A DNA stretch of 64,000 bases from an uncultured Acidobacteriota bacterium (GCA_963747985.1 CAVVHG010000001.1:329963-393962); one strand, 5' to 3'. Shown: positions 27,397 through 38,115, counted from the stretch's first letter. A program made the numbers and translations. The notes: generated by a model from the sequence alone, not told the origin.

Positions 27397-29289
27397 CTAC
27401 TTATTCTGAATGATCGGGAATGCCGTGAATTCCTGGCCTGGGGGAATCTCGTAGTAAGGCATGTATTCGTACGCCTTCGGGGACCATGCCTCGTCCTCCC
27501 GCAGCGCCCAGTATCCCCGCTCAATTGCGATCTGGTAGTGCAAAGGCTTTCCGGCGACCGGCATCAACCAGGCCGAAGGCTGGGCAGGGTCATTCAGGAT
27601 GCGGATCGTTTGCTGGAAATTGAACTTGCCCGCCAGTCCGAGCAGCAGGGGGCCATACTCGAGAGAGTATCGCGGGAAGCCGGCGATCTGATCGTAGCCC
27701 TCGTAACGCCTCATCCGGAAATCCATCGGCAGGCTGAATGAAATCTCGTCGCCGGGCAACCATCGCCGCTCGAGGTGGCAATAGCTCCCGGGGATCCCCG
27801 CCCTGAACGTCTTGCCGTTCAGCCGGATCTCCACGGAGTGCGCCGCCCAGGAGGGGATGCGCAGGCTCAGTGTAAAGGCGACAGGCTGCTCGCCTCCGAC
27901 CTTCAGAGTCACATCACCGGTTTGAGGGAATGTGGTGGCCGCAACGAGCTTCACATCGACATTCCCCTGCTTCCACGAGATTTCGGATGGGGCGTAGATG
28001 TTCACGTAGATTCCGCCGGGGGATTGGGAGTAGAGGTACTCGGGGAGTGAGCCGAAGAGACGGGTCCCCTGTCCCTCGCAGCATGTTCCCTCCGGAGGAG
28101 TGACCGGCACCTCCTTCTTGGCGTCGAGGACCGTGTGATATCCGATGCCGGAATCCCCGATTTGATTCCCGATGCCGGCGTTGTAGATCGACTTCTCGAT
28201 CTCGTTCACGAAGACCTCGCTGTCCGGGAAGAGGAGATGCAGGCGCTGGTTGAGCTTTACCCAGAACACGGCGCAGCAGAGTTCCCCCGCCCGGCTGGAT
28301 AGCCCAAGCTGGTACGATTTCGGCGGGTAGCGGCGGCGCTCGCACAAAGCCCACGACCCGCCCGGCATCTGCCACTTATCGCGCAACATTTCCCATGCAT
28401 TCAGAACCGCCTGGAGGTACTTCATGTCGCCAGTGATGCGGTACAGGTCCAGGTAAGCTTCAAACGCCGTAATCTCGTAGCAGTGCGATTCAGGCCGGTC
28501 GTAGATGGCCCTGTCGTCGTTGGCAAGCAACTGGGAGAGCCACCAGTCTTCCTGGTAGCGATCAAGGATCAGGTTCAAGTCATCCGGCCGGCCGAGCGGG
28601 GAGAGGTACATACGGGTCGATGAGATCATCCCCTGGTACGGGATCCAGTGGTCGGGAATGTAGCCCCGGCTCTTGTCTACGACCTGTCCCAGGTACTCAC
28701 AGTGGTTGAACCAGTCCAGGTGGCCGCGGATCAGCGCCAGGGCCTCGGGATTGCCGGCGGCGGCCGCGTCGATGAGGCCATGCGTAATCCAGGCGCGGAC
28801 GTAGTTGGCATTCTCGCGCAGCCCGGTGTCCTTTTCCGGGTAGCCCATGATGAACCCGTTCGGCTGCCTGCAGGCCGCTATCCCGGAGACAACAGCGTTC
28901 ATCCTGTCCCGGAGCTTCGGGTTTTCCTCCCAGCGCAGGGCGTTGCCGCTTCCCATCAGGAAGAGGCCCGCAACCGAACCTGTGACGCGCGGGCCGCCGT
29001 TGTCCCATGGGAAGGGTTTCCCCGGGGGATCCGGCTTTCCGGCGCGCTCACGGAAAACGTGGAGCAGGTCATTCTCAGAGAAGTTCTTGAGCAGGTACTT
29101 GACGTTGTTGTCGTATGCTTGCTTCAGTACTCCGCCGGTCAGTTTGACACCGCCGACAGGCGTCTGAAGCTGAAAAGGTATTGCCACTGGATTCCGTGGC
29201 GTCTCGGAGGCGCGGCTGGAACGTGCGGCCACCGTCCCGGCCGCAAGGAACAGCGTGATTGACATTGTTGCGAGACTGCGTTTTTTCAT
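27397..29289 (-). CDS. Glycoside hydrolase family 127 (DUF1680, beta-L-arabinofuranosidase HypBA1-like), secreted
   Basis: 630 aa; signal peptide; DUF1680/GH127 pattern including Cys-rich region (GTCCEGQGTRLF); paralogous to 39842..41725. Confidence 0.7.
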   Translation of the reverse strand: MKKRSLATMSITLFLAAGTVAARSSRASETPRNPVAIPFQLQTPVGGVKLTGGVLKQAYDNNVKYLLKNFSENDLLHVFRERAGKPDPPGKPFPWDNGGPRVTGSVAGLFLMGSGNALRWEENPKLRDRMNAVVSGIAACRQPNGFIMGYPEKDTGLRENANYVRAWITHGLIDAAAAGNPEALALIRGHLDWFNHCEYLGQVVDKSRGYIPDHWIPYQGMISSTRMYLSPLGRPDDLNLILDRYQEDWWLSQLLANDDRAIYDRPESHCYEITAFEAYLDLYRITGDMKYLQAVLNAWEMLRDKWQMPGGSWALCERRRYPPKSYQLGLSSRAGELCCAVFWVKLNQRLHLLFPDSEVFVNEIEKSIYNAGIGNQIGDSGIGYHTVLDAKKEVPVTPPEGTCCEGQGTRLFGSLPEYLYSQSPGGIYVNIYAPSEISWKQGNVDVKLVAATTFPQTGDVTLKVGGEQPVAFTLSLRIPSWAAHSVEIRLNGKTFRAGIPGSYCHLERRWLPGDEISFSLPMDFRMRRYEGYDQIAGFPRYSLEYGPLLLGLAGKFNFQQTIRILNDPAQPSAWLMPVAGKPLHYQIAIERGYWALREDEAWSPKAYEYMPYYEIPPGQEFTAFPIIQNK

Positions 29290-29441
29290 GACCGGTAACT
29301 CCTCGCGTCAGAGCGACGCGTGAGACATATTGGCACTCACAAGCGAGTAAACGGAAGCAGATTCGCGTCGTGCGTCTCCGCAGCATCTTATCGATGTTAT
29401 GCTGCGGGATCCTGCTATAATGCCCGACCCGAGAGGCCACC

Positions 29442-30566
29442 ATGAGCGATCCGACTCCTGCAACCACTGTCCCTCCCACCCCCCAACGCCTGCTGTCACT
29501 CGACGCCCTGCGCGGCTTCGACATGTTCTGGATCGTCGGGGCGGAGGATATCGTCCACGCGTTGGGCAAGATCAGCCAGCGCGGCCCGATCAAGTTCCTT
29601 TCCAGCCAGTTGGAGCATAAGGCCTGGGAAGGAGTAGCCTTCTACGACCTGATCTTCCCGCTCTTCGTTTACATCGTCGGTGTCAGCATAGTGTTCTCGC
29701 TCAGCCGCTCGTTGCGGACCGCGGGGAGGGCAGTAACGCTGCGCCGCGTTCTCAAGCGTACTGTTCTTCTGTTACTGATAGGCATCTTCTATTACGGGGG
29801 AGTAAGTGCGGGCCTTGACCAGGTGCGCCTGCTGGGCGTGCTGCAACGCATCGCGCTGTGCTACCTGTTCGCTTCCCTGATTTTCTCGGTGGCGAAGCCC
29901 AGGGCCATGGTCGCGGTGTGCATGACCCTGCTGGTCGGGTATTGGGCCCTGATGACCTTCGTCCCTGTGCCGGGCCACGGGGCCGGCAACTTCGCGGAAG
30001 GCGCGAACCTTGCCAACTACATCGACAGCCGCTACCTGCCCTTCCGAAAGTGGGATGGGGACCACGATCCGGAGGGATTGCTGAGCACGCTGCCTGCGAT
30101 TGCCACCTGCCTGATCGGGGTGTTCAGCGGATTGCTGCTCAGCAACGCGCGCCTGCCGGACAGGAAGAAGGTGCTCTATCTGCTCGTGGGCGGCGTCGCC
30201 GGAGTCATTCTCGGATTCCTCTGGGGCCTGCAATTCCCGGTGATCAAGAAGATCTGGACGTCGTCCTATGTCCTCGTCGCCGGAGGGTACAGTTGCATCT
30301 TCATGGCTGTCTTTTACCAGATCATAGATATCTGGAAGGTTCAGCGTTGGACGACGCCCTTCGTGTGGATCGGGATGAACCCGATCACGATCTACCTGGC
30401 CGTCAATATCGTCGATTTCCGCGCGCTTGCAGAACGCATCGCCGGCGGTCCGGTGAAGGCGCTCTTCGGTAACTACGGGGAACTGCTCATTACGTGTCTG
30501 GTTCTGGGCATGAGCTTCCTCCTGGTTCGCTTCCTCTACAAACGCAAGATCTTCCTGCGGCTCTAG
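29442..30566 (+). CDS. Membrane acyltransferase of the heparan-alpha-glucosaminide N-acetyltransferase-like (DUF5009/DUF1624) family
   Basis: 374 aa, about 10 TM; N-terminal family motif RLLSLDALRGFDMFWIVG. Confidence 0.6.
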   Translation: MSDPTPATTVPPTPQRLLSLDALRGFDMFWIVGAEDIVHALGKISQRGPIKFLSSQLEHKAWEGVAFYDLIFPLFVYIVGVSIVFSLSRSLRTAGRAVTLRRVLKRTVLLLLIGIFYYGGVSAGLDQVRLLGVLQRIALCYLFASLIFSVAKPRAMVAVCMTLLVGYWALMTFVPVPGHGAGNFAEGANLANYIDSRYLPFRKWDGDHDPEGLLSTLPAIATCLIGVFSGLLLSNARLPDRKKVLYLLVGGVAGVILGFLWGLQFPVIKKIWTSSYVLVAGGYSCIFMAVFYQIIDIWKVQRWTTPFVWIGMNPITIYLAVNIVDFRALAERIAGGPVKALFGNYGELLITCLVLGMSFLLVRFLYKRKIFLRL

Positions 30567-30656
30567 CGGAGCCGCACGGCAACATTCGGATCGAGCTGCC
30601 ACCGCCGGTACAGCCACGGTGTAGTCCGCGGTCTGAAAATGCAGGGTGTGCACGCC

Positions 30657-31925
30657 ATGACGACGCCGGCAACAGATCGCATGACCCGCATTCGCTGGGT
30701 GGTCGTGGGGCTGCTGTTTTTTGCGACCGTCATCAACTACGTCGACCGCGCGGTACTGGGCATCCTCAAGCCCGTCCTCGAAAAGGAGCTGGGATGGGAC
30801 CAGGTGGCTTACGGCTGGATCGTGACCGCGTTCCAGATCACCTACGCGGCGGGGTATGCGCTGGGAGGGCGGCTGTTTGACCGGATTGGTGTGCGTCTCG
30901 GCTATGTTCTTGCGGTAGCCGTGTGGAGCGTCGCCGAGGTCGCACATGCGTTTGTCCGCTCAGTGACAGGTTTCAGCCTGGCCCGCGCGGGCTTGGGGAT
31001 CGCGGAAGGCGGCAATTTTCCTGCCGCGATCAAGACCGTCACCGAGTGGTTCCCGAAACAGAAACGCGCCTTTGCCACGGGCCTGTTCAACGCCGGTAGC
31101 AACGTCGGCGCGGTGATTTGTCCACTCGTGGTCCCATGGTTGGCCTGCCGCTGGGGGTGGCAGTCGGCCTTCCTGGCCACCGGAGCTCTCGGCTTTGTCT
31201 GGGTCGTGATGTGGCTGACGGTCTACCGTGCTCCGGACAAACATCCGCGTGTTTCGCCCGCCGAGCTGGCATACATTCGCAGCGATCCGCCTGATCCGGT
31301 AGTCAGGATCTCCTGGCCCGAGTTGCTGCGCCACCGACAGACGTGGGCGTACGTGGTCGGCATGGTAGCTTCCTCCCCGATCTGGTGGTTCTACATCTAC
31401 TGGATCCCTGATTTCCTGAACAAGCAGTACCGCCTCCAGTTGACTCAATCCAGCGGACCGCTGGTTGCTATCTTTCTGGTGGCGGACGTCGGGGGCATCG
31501 CCGGCGGCTGGCTATCGTCGATGTTGATAGGACGAGGCTGGAGCGTCAACGCCAGCCGCAAGCTCGCGCTGCTGGTCTGCGCGGTGTGCGTTGTGCCTGT
31601 ATTCTTCACGCCGCTGGTGAGCCGCTTGTGGGTCTCGGTAGCCCTGGTGGCGCTCGCTGCCTCGGCTCACTGCGGGTTCGCAGCCAACCTCTTCACGCTG
31701 GTCAGCGACACCGTGCCGCGGCAGGCGGTAAGCTCGGTTGTGGGCATCGGCGGCATGGCTGGCTCCGTCGGCGGGATCTTCTTTGCGCAGGCCGTTTCGC
31801 GTATCCTCCAGGCGACGCACAATAACTACATGATCCCGTTCGCGATCGCTTCACTGATCTACCTGATGGCTCTGGCGGTGATGCACCTGCTCCTGCCGCG
31901 ATTGGAACCGATGAAGCTGCGGTGA
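30657..31925 (+). CDS. MFS transporter, anion:cation symporter (hexuronate/ExuT-like) subfamily
   Basis: 12 TM; ...VVGLLFFATVINYVDRAVLGILKPVLEKELGW... typical of ACS-family MFS; ATG 30657 (an earlier ATG at 30639 is also possible). Confidence 0.7.
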   Translation: MTTPATDRMTRIRWVVVGLLFFATVINYVDRAVLGILKPVLEKELGWDQVAYGWIVTAFQITYAAGYALGGRLFDRIGVRLGYVLAVAVWSVAEVAHAFVRSVTGFSLARAGLGIAEGGNFPAAIKTVTEWFPKQKRAFATGLFNAGSNVGAVICPLVVPWLACRWGWQSAFLATGALGFVWVVMWLTVYRAPDKHPRVSPAELAYIRSDPPDPVVRISWPELLRHRQTWAYVVGMVASSPIWWFYIYWIPDFLNKQYRLQLTQSSGPLVAIFLVADVGGIAGGWLSSMLIGRGWSVNASRKLALLVCAVCVVPVFFTPLVSRLWVSVALVALAASAHCGFAANLFTLVSDTVPRQAVSSVVGIGGMAGSVGGIFFAQAVSRILQATHNNYMIPFAIASLIYLMALAVMHLLLPRLEPMKLR

Positions 31926-31982
31926 GAGATCTCTCTCGGCACCATCGCTTTTTCCCATTTTCGGGGTCAGACCCCGATCTTC

Positions 31983-32909
31983 CTAGATAATTTCGAGGGT
32001 GAGTCGCCTGTTCCCGAAACTGCGGCAGAGGCCTTCCAGATGTTCTCGGCTGGGAGGAATGGTGTCCGGCATTTTGTACCTGCGGCCGAGGCCTGAGTAC
32101 TTGGCCGCGCCGTAGCCGTGGTAGGGCAGCAGATGCAATTCAGAAATGCCCAGGGAGCGAGCGAATTCTCCTATCGCGGCGATCTGATGCGGCTGGTCGT
32201 TAAATCCCGGGATGACCGGCACGCGGACGATCATTTTCACCCCTAACCGCGCCGCTACACGGGCGTTGCCGATAACCAGCGCGTCGTCTTCGCCCACGAT
32301 AGACCTGTGAGATTCGGAATCGATCTGCTTGATATCGAATAGAATCAGGTCCGTCCGGGCCAAAACCAGCTCGACCGTTTCGGATCCTGCCAAGCCTGCG
32401 GTCTCAACAGACGAATGGAACCCACGCTCTCGTGCCCCTTCAAGCAGTGCCAACGCGAATTCGGGCTGCGCGAGCGGCTCGCCTCCGGAAAGGGTCATTC
32501 CGCCACCGGAGTGCTCGTAGAAGATGCGATCCCTCTCAACCTCAGCCAGCACATCTGCCGCCGTCACCCGGCGCCCCACAAGGCGAAGGGCGCCGGAAGG
32601 GCATACTCTCGTGCACTCATCGCACGGGATGCACCTGGCACGATCGATCGCCACGGCATCCGCCTCAAGGCTCAGTGCCCGTTGGGGGCAGACGGAGACA
32701 CAGCTGCCGCACCCCAGGCAGCGGGAACGTGTGTAGAACAACTGCGGCAACGCACACTGAGACTCCGGGTTACTGCACCAGGGACAGCGTGCCGGGCAAC
32801 CCTTGAGGAACACGGTGGTCCGGATCCCGGGGCCGTCGTGGATGCTGAACCGCTGCACGTCGAAAACATTCCCGGAGACCGCTGAAGGATCCATTCCCCT
32901 AGCCGCCAT
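31983..32909 (-). CDS. Glycyl-radical-enzyme activating protein (radical SAM, PFL-activase family with an extra ferredoxin-like 2x[4Fe-4S] insert)
   Basis: Radical-SAM CxxxCxxC in GCPARCPWCSNPE; two CxxCxxCxxxCP clusters (CLGCGSCVSVCP; CIPCDECTRVCP); start overlaps or abuts the stop of the upstream GRE (ATG 32909 or 32894). Confidence 0.85.
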   Translation of the reverse strand: MAARGMDPSAVSGNVFDVQRFSIHDGPGIRTTVFLKGCPARCPWCSNPESQCALPQLFYTRSRCLGCGSCVSVCPQRALSLEADAVAIDRARCIPCDECTRVCPSGALRLVGRRVTAADVLAEVERDRIFYEHSGGGMTLSGGEPLAQPEFALALLEGARERGFHSSVETAGLAGSETVELVLARTDLILFDIKQIDSESHRSIVGEDDALVIGNARVAARLGVKMIVRVPVIPGFNDQPHQIAAIGEFARSLGISELHLLPYHGYGAAKYSGLGRRYKMPDTIPPSREHLEGLCRSFGNRRLTLEII

Positions 32910-35337
32910 GCTCCGTCCGTTCAATGATCTCATCCTGAATCTCTTTGCTGAGTTCCACGAAATAGGCACTGTAACCGGCGACGCGCACTACCAGGCTTCG
33001 AAACTGCTCGGGATTCTCCTGGGCGCGGCGCAGCGTGTCCGCCGATACCACATTGAACTGAACGTGACCGATGCGGAGATCCACAAACCCGCGCAGAAAC
33101 GCTGTGAACCATCCGATCGAACCCGAGTACTTGAAAAAGGAGGGCAGGAACTTGAGATTCAACAGAACGCCGTTCGAAGCCAGTTCCTGGTCAATCCTGG
33201 ACACGGAGCGCAGCACCGCAGTCGGGCCCTTGAGATCGCGTCCCGCAACCGGCGAAAGGCCGCCGTCGGCAAGCGGCGTACAGGCAAGGCGACCATCGGG
33301 GGTCGCGCCCACATTTTGCCCCAGTGGCACATGTGCCGAGACCGTGTAGAATCCCGGCTGGAACGTTCCGCCGCGCGGCGTAGGATAGCGCCCCACCTCC
33401 TCGCAGTAGAATCTGGCCCACCGGTTGCCTATCTCATCCACATAGGAGTCATCGTTGCCGTACTTCGGCGCCCCGGTGAGCAATCGCTGGCGCAGCACTT
33501 CGTCTCCCTCGAAATTACGTGACAATGCTTCCATCAACCGGCGCGAGTCGATTTCGTTCCGCTCGAACACGAGCAGCCTGAGAGCGGCCAGTGAATCCGC
33601 CAGGTTCGCAACCTGGACACCTTGCGGACCGGAGAAGTTGTAGCGCGCACCGCCGTCCGTAACGTCCTGGCCCTTTTTGATGCAGTCCGCGACGACCGTG
33701 GAGAGGAACGGCGTCTGGCAGACTCTGGCGTGCACACGGTCCACGATATTGGCGCCCTTAACCATCAACCGGATGTAGTGACGGAGCTGCGTTGCCAGAG
33801 CTGCTTCCAGCTCGTCGAAATCCTTCAATTCTTCAAGCGGAGGTGTCTGCGGACCGATCCGCTTGCCCGTTTCGGGCACCCTGCCGCCGTGAAGCGTCAG
33901 CTCCAGTACCCGAACCAGGTTGAGCATGGCTGAGTCGCTCCATCCGAGCGCCTTGCCGGGAATCGAGAGTTCGACGCAACCGACGGCTGCGTAGTCGAGT
34001 GCGTCGGCATGAGTCACCCCCCTGCGCTGCTGCCCGGGCACGATGACCTCGTCGTTGAAAACCTGCGGCATTCCTGTGCCGAGGCTGATCACACGTGAGA
34101 CAGCCGCGAGAAAATCGTCCGGCGTGTCCTTGTGGAGCCTGGCCGAGAGGTTCGGTTGCGGGAGCCGGACATCGGCTTGCGCCTGCAGACAAAGGTATGA
34201 GAGGAGGTTCGTCGCATCCTGCCCGCCGGCGAGCTGCCCGCCGGTCATCACGTTGAACCCGATCGGGAATCCGGCGAAGTAGCGCGCGCCTTTTGCGCTG
34301 CGCAGCAATACGATTTCATTGAACTTGATCCACAGGCATTCCAGCAACTCCTGTGCCTGAGGCAAGTCGAGAATTCCCCCAGCCAGATCGCGGCGCAGGA
34401 ACGGCATTATGTATTGATCAAACCGACCCGGCGAAAAGGAGCTGGCGTTGGATTCGATCTGGAGCAGAACGAAGAGGAAGGCGACCGATTGCAGCGCCTG
34501 CCGGTACGTTTCGGGCGGATGCGTCCCGAGATGCCTGCAGTCTCGCTCAATATCCCGCAACTCTCCGGCCCGCCGTTCGGACGTCACGGTGCGCCCCAGC
34601 TGAGAAGCCAGATCCGCATACCGCAACATGAAGTCGGAGGCGGCGGCCAGGCATATCGCCGCTGCATGGTAGAAATCGGCTTTACCCTGGCTCAACTCCC
34701 CATTCTCCTGCAGGTGCCTGCACGCTTCGCTAACTCTCGACCCGAGTCCGCGAGGCCCTTCGCGCAGCCATGTCTCGACGTCGGGGAGAATGTGCCCCTG
34801 CGCGTGGTCCGTTTGATTCAGCTGGAAAGCCCTGGCATCGATCGCTTCCTTGACATCCGGCGGGATGGAAGCCGCTACCTGGTCTTCCAGGGTTTCTCCG
34901 CGCCAATACGGGAATAGGCGGTCCCGTAGCTCAAGCACATCCTGCGCCTCGACGTCGAATGGGTCCTGAGGTCGCTCCGGTAGAGTATCCAGCTCCCGAT
35001 CGACCCAGGATACCGCGGCCGACGGCGTGACGACCCCCATCCTGGGCAGCGGAGACCGGTTCCCGACAATCAGCTCATCGGGATGAATCCGGATTTCGAT
35101 GCCCCGCGCGATATCCCGGAACGCCTTGGCTCTGCGGACAATCGCGGACTCGCCTTCGGTTCGCTTGTAGCTCTCCGTTTCGATCCGCGCCGGTTGGATG
35201 AAGAGCTTGCGCCGGGTGGAGAGGATGCATTCCTTCAAGCGCAGGATCCGTGCGCCGGGGACACCCGGCTCTCCCCGATAAACGGGGAGATTCTCGATCC
35301 TCGCTCGATCCTCCGTCCCGGTCTGGCTCGGTACCAT
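32899..35337 (-). CDS. Glycyl radical enzyme, dehydratase/lyase (PFL2) clade (glycerol dehydratase / HypD / CutC / IslA-like), substrate unknown
   Basis: 812 aa; C-terminal glycyl-radical motif VVRVAGYSAYFVEL...IIERTEHGG; Cys-loop AAVGCVELSIPGK (thiyl Cys + Glu); family-wide blocks GRFDQYIMPF, LPQPNLSARLHKDTPDDFL, GGARYNFSGPQGVQVANLADSL, TPRGGTFQPGFY, ATPDGR. These blocks correspond to B12-independent glycerol dehydratase-type GREs rather than PflB. Confidence 0.85.
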   Translation of the reverse strand: MVPSQTGTEDRARIENLPVYRGEPGVPGARILRLKECILSTRRKLFIQPARIETESYKRTEGESAIVRRAKAFRDIARGIEIRIHPDELIVGNRSPLPRMGVVTPSAAVSWVDRELDTLPERPQDPFDVEAQDVLELRDRLFPYWRGETLEDQVAASIPPDVKEAIDARAFQLNQTDHAQGHILPDVETWLREGPRGLGSRVSEACRHLQENGELSQGKADFYHAAAICLAAASDFMLRYADLASQLGRTVTSERRAGELRDIERDCRHLGTHPPETYRQALQSVAFLFVLLQIESNASSFSPGRFDQYIMPFLRRDLAGGILDLPQAQELLECLWIKFNEIVLLRSAKGARYFAGFPIGFNVMTGGQLAGGQDATNLLSYLCLQAQADVRLPQPNLSARLHKDTPDDFLAAVSRVISLGTGMPQVFNDEVIVPGQQRRGVTHADALDYAAVGCVELSIPGKALGWSDSAMLNLVRVLELTLHGGRVPETGKRIGPQTPPLEELKDFDELEAALATQLRHYIRLMVKGANIVDRVHARVCQTPFLSTVVADCIKKGQDVTDGGARYNFSGPQGVQVANLADSLAALRLLVFERNEIDSRRLMEALSRNFEGDEVLRQRLLTGAPKYGNDDSYVDEIGNRWARFYCEEVGRYPTPRGGTFQPGFYTVSAHVPLGQNVGATPDGRLACTPLADGGLSPVAGRDLKGPTAVLRSVSRIDQELASNGVLLNLKFLPSFFKYSGSIGWFTAFLRGFVDLRIGHVQFNVVSADTLRRAQENPEQFRSLVVRVAGYSAYFVELSKEIQDEIIERTEHGG

Positions 35338-35342
35338 GGCGG

Positions 35343-36380
35343 CTATGCCTCCCTGGGGTGCTCCACGATCACCTTCATCGTCTCGCCCGCCCGCATTGCG
35401 GCCAGCGCGGCCGTGACATCTGCAACCGGCATGCGGTGCGTGATCAGGATCGAAGGCCGGATGACGCCTGATTCCAGCAGCCGCACGGTCTGTGGAAAGG
35501 GATTGATTCCGACAAAGGCGCCGTACAGCGTCAACTCATGGCGCGTAATCATGTACTGGCTCACAGCGGGCCTTGCGTGCATCTGCAGTCCGAACAGGAC
35601 AACGCGTCCCCCGCGGCGCGCCAATTTGACGGCCTGAGGCAGCAGGTTTCCTACCGCATCGACAACAATGTCGGCGTAGGGATCCGCAAGCCTTCCGACA
35701 ACTTCCTCCACGTCCTCCTGCTGCGCGTTTATGGCAACATCCACGCCGCACCGGGATGAGAAGTCCAGGCGAAACGGCGAGATGTCCGTCACGATGATTT
35801 TGCCCGCTCCACCGGCCCGATAGAGCAGCGCGTAGAGGAGACCCACCGGGCCGGCGCCGAGAATCACTACTGTGTCGCCGGGGTTTGCCGGAACACGCAT
35901 CGTCGATGAGAACACACAGGACAGGACCTCGGCGAAGGCTGCGTCCTCTACCGGCACTGCCGGATCGATGCGGAACAGCGCCCTCTCCGGGGCGACGCAA
36001 TACGGAGCCAGGCCGCCGTCGATGTGAATGCCGAGAGTCTGATAGCTCTCGCATTGGTTTGCGGTGCCGCGGCGGCAATAGCGGCACAGGCCGCAGTTCA
36101 AGCGCGGGGCCACCACCACGCGATCACCGGCCTTGAGTCCCGCAACCCGCGGACCCGTCCGGCGCACAGTGCCGACGAACTCGTGGCCGAGAACCGTACC
36201 TGGGGCGGCCTTGTGAGCCGGGGGAACCGCAAGAATGTTCAGATCCGTTCCGCACAGTCCGCACGCCTCCACGGCCACCAGAACGTCATCGCCGTTCCGG
36301 ATGTCCGGCACGGGACGATCCTGGAACTCCAGTCGCCCATCGCCCATAAACACGGGGACTCTCATCAACTTGTCCGGCAT
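35343..36380 (-). CDS. Zinc-dependent medium-chain alcohol dehydrogenase (threonine/sorbitol-DH-like MDR)
   Basis: 345 aa; catalytic Zn site VEACGLCGTDL...GHEFVGTV, structural Zn site CGLCRYCRRG, NAD-binding ILGAGPVGLL; ATG 36380 with GGAG RBS; 5-nt gap to the GRE start. Confidence 0.8.
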   Translation of the reverse strand: MPDKLMRVPVFMGDGRLEFQDRPVPDIRNGDDVLVAVEACGLCGTDLNILAVPPAHKAAPGTVLGHEFVGTVRRTGPRVAGLKAGDRVVVAPRLNCGLCRYCRRGTANQCESYQTLGIHIDGGLAPYCVAPERALFRIDPAVPVEDAAFAEVLSCVFSSTMRVPANPGDTVVILGAGPVGLLYALLYRAGGAGKIIVTDISPFRLDFSSRCGVDVAINAQQEDVEEVVGRLADPYADIVVDAVGNLLPQAVKLARRGGRVVLFGLQMHARPAVSQYMITRHELTLYGAFVGINPFPQTVRLLESGVIRPSILITHRMPVADVTAALAAMRAGETMKVIVEHPREA

Positions 36381-36666
36381 AGTTCGCTCCGTTGCAGGTG
36401 TTTTGTCGTGATGCCGCGGAACCCTGCGGCCGCGCTTTCAATTTCTTCAAGTATTACCGGCCCTGAAACCTTAGTTTGCAGTACTCCTGCACGTCAAGCC
36501 AAGCCCGACTTCAGCAGGCGTCGGCAATCGGGTGTCTTTTCGGATTTGACGGTAGTAAGCTTGCCGGTGCTGAAGGCTGGTTGCGGCGCTTGAAGGAGGG
36601 ACTTCAGGGCCCCGACGGGAGAGCCGATTTCCGGTTTGTATGCGCAGCGGTTTTCGGTGTTGAGGC

Positions 36667-37476
36667 ATGGTCACGATCTTCTCGATCTTCGTTGTGGGGC
36701 TTGCTGTCGGAATGCTGGGCAGCATGCTGGGGATCGGAGGTGGAGTGCTTCTGATACCGCTCCTCACCGGACTCTTCGGAATCGATATCAAGACGGCAAT
36801 CGGGGCAAGCATCATCAGCGTCATTGCCACTTCCGCCGCCGCGGGTGCTGTGTATGTCGGCCGCGGACAGACACACAGCCGGCTGGCAATGGTCCTGGAG
36901 ATTGCCACGACACTCGGTGCCCTGGCTGGAGGCTTCACAGCGGTGCTGGTAAGTCCCAACCTTTTGGCCGGGCTTTTCGCCGTTGTGCTGCTCTATGTCG
37001 CGTTCAGTATGCGCAAAATCCGGAAAGAAGAGCCGGAGGCGGCGCCCACCGGCCTGCTCGACACGAGCTATCACGATCCGATGACGGGTAAATGGGTCAG
37101 CTACGGTGTCAGGCACCTGCCCCTGGGAATGGGAGCCAGTTTTTTTGCAGGGAATGTCTCGGGTCTGCTCGGCATCGGCGGCGGAATCATCAAGGTGCCT
37201 ATCATGAGCCTTGTCATGGGAATCCCATTGAGGGCCTCGATTGCGACGAGCAACTTCATGATAGGGATAACCGCAGCGACCAGCGCGATTATCTACTACC
37301 AGCACGGATACATCAATCCGAGCATCGCCATCCCTACTGCTCTGGGCGTACTGTTCGGCGCCCGGCAGGGAACGAAACTCGGCGGACGCGTGCGAAGCAA
37401 CCGGCTCAAGCAGATCTTCCAGTTCGTTCTGCTTGTCTTTGCCGTGCAGATGTTCGTCAAGTCGGTGAGGGGGTGA
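36667..37476 (+). CDS. TSUP (TauE/SafE, DUF81) family sulfite/anion exporter-type permease
   Basis: 269 aa, 7-8 TM; duplicated G-rich motifs (MLGSMLGIGGGVLLIPLL and GLLGIGGGIIKVP) typical of DUF81/TauE. Confidence 0.75.
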   Translation: MVTIFSIFVVGLAVGMLGSMLGIGGGVLLIPLLTGLFGIDIKTAIGASIISVIATSAAAGAVYVGRGQTHSRLAMVLEIATTLGALAGGFTAVLVSPNLLAGLFAVVLLYVAFSMRKIRKEEPEAAPTGLLDTSYHDPMTGKWVSYGVRHLPLGMGASFFAGNVSGLLGIGGGIIKVPIMSLVMGIPLRASIATSNFMIGITAATSAIIYYQHGYINPSIAIPTALGVLFGARQGTKLGGRVRSNRLKQIFQFVLLVFAVQMFVKSVRG

Positions 37477-37479
37477 GAC

Positions 37480-38115
37480 GTGAAGGATGGTAGCTCCGGT
37501 GATCCGCATGCCGCCGCCCCCGGGACTGTAGACGGGGTGACAACTGAGGCGGATGTGACGGAACCGGTTGCGGAAGAAGGCACCGGCCCGCAACTGCTCG
37601 AGGAGGAGGCGGCGGTCGTAATGACCGAGGCATCGGCTGCCAGCCGACCGATCGTAACGGAGGCAAGCCGCTCTTCCGTCGCGGCGGCTGACGAGGCAGC
37701 CGGGGTCCACGTCGCGCCGAATCTGCTGGATCTTGTCCTGGCCCCGCCACCCACGCCCGAAGAGAAGCTCGAGCTTGAGCACACCCGTGATCTGAATGAC
37801 GTGATTCACAGAGTGCTCGTGATCGGCCTCTTCGCCAGTACCGTGGCGATGCTGGCGGGTGTGGTGCTGGCCGTGGTCCGTCATCGTGCGCTGGCCACAG
37901 CCGCGCCTGATATCAGGGGTGTGTGGGAACGCATCGAGGCCCTGCGGCCGTCCGGCTTTCTTGCTCTCGGCATCCTCATGCTCATCGCCACTCCGATTCT
38001 CCGGGTACTGGGATCCTTCGTAGTCTTCTTGTATGAACGGGACTGGCGCTACGCGGGCATAACTCTGATTGTGTTGCTGGTTCTGGTTTCGAGTCTCCTG
38101 CTCGGCAGGGGCTAG
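37480..38115 (+). CDS. DUF1634-type membrane protein (usual partner of TauE/DUF81) with an acidic, low-complexity N-terminal region
   Basis: 211 aa; C-terminal three TM helices (...VLVIGLFASTVAMLAGVVLAVV...LALGILMLIATPILRVLGSFVVFLYERDWRYAGITLIVLLVL); starts 4 nt after the TauE stop. Confidence 0.55.
   Translation: MKDGSSGDPHAAAPGTVDGVTTEADVTEPVAEEGTGPQLLEEEAAVVMTEASAASRPIVTEASRSSVAAADEAAGVHVAPNLLDLVLAPPPTPEEKLELEHTRDLNDVIHRVLVIGLFASTVAMLAGVVLAVVRHRALATAAPDIRGVWERIEALRPSGFLALGILMLIATPILRVLGSFVVFLYERDWRYAGITLIVLLVLVSSLLLGRG

Noticed and set aside
36604-37884. 426-aa minus-strand ORF
   Set aside because: Antisense to the TauE and DUF1634 genes, His/Arg/Gly-rich junk; the plus-strand genes have clear family motifs.
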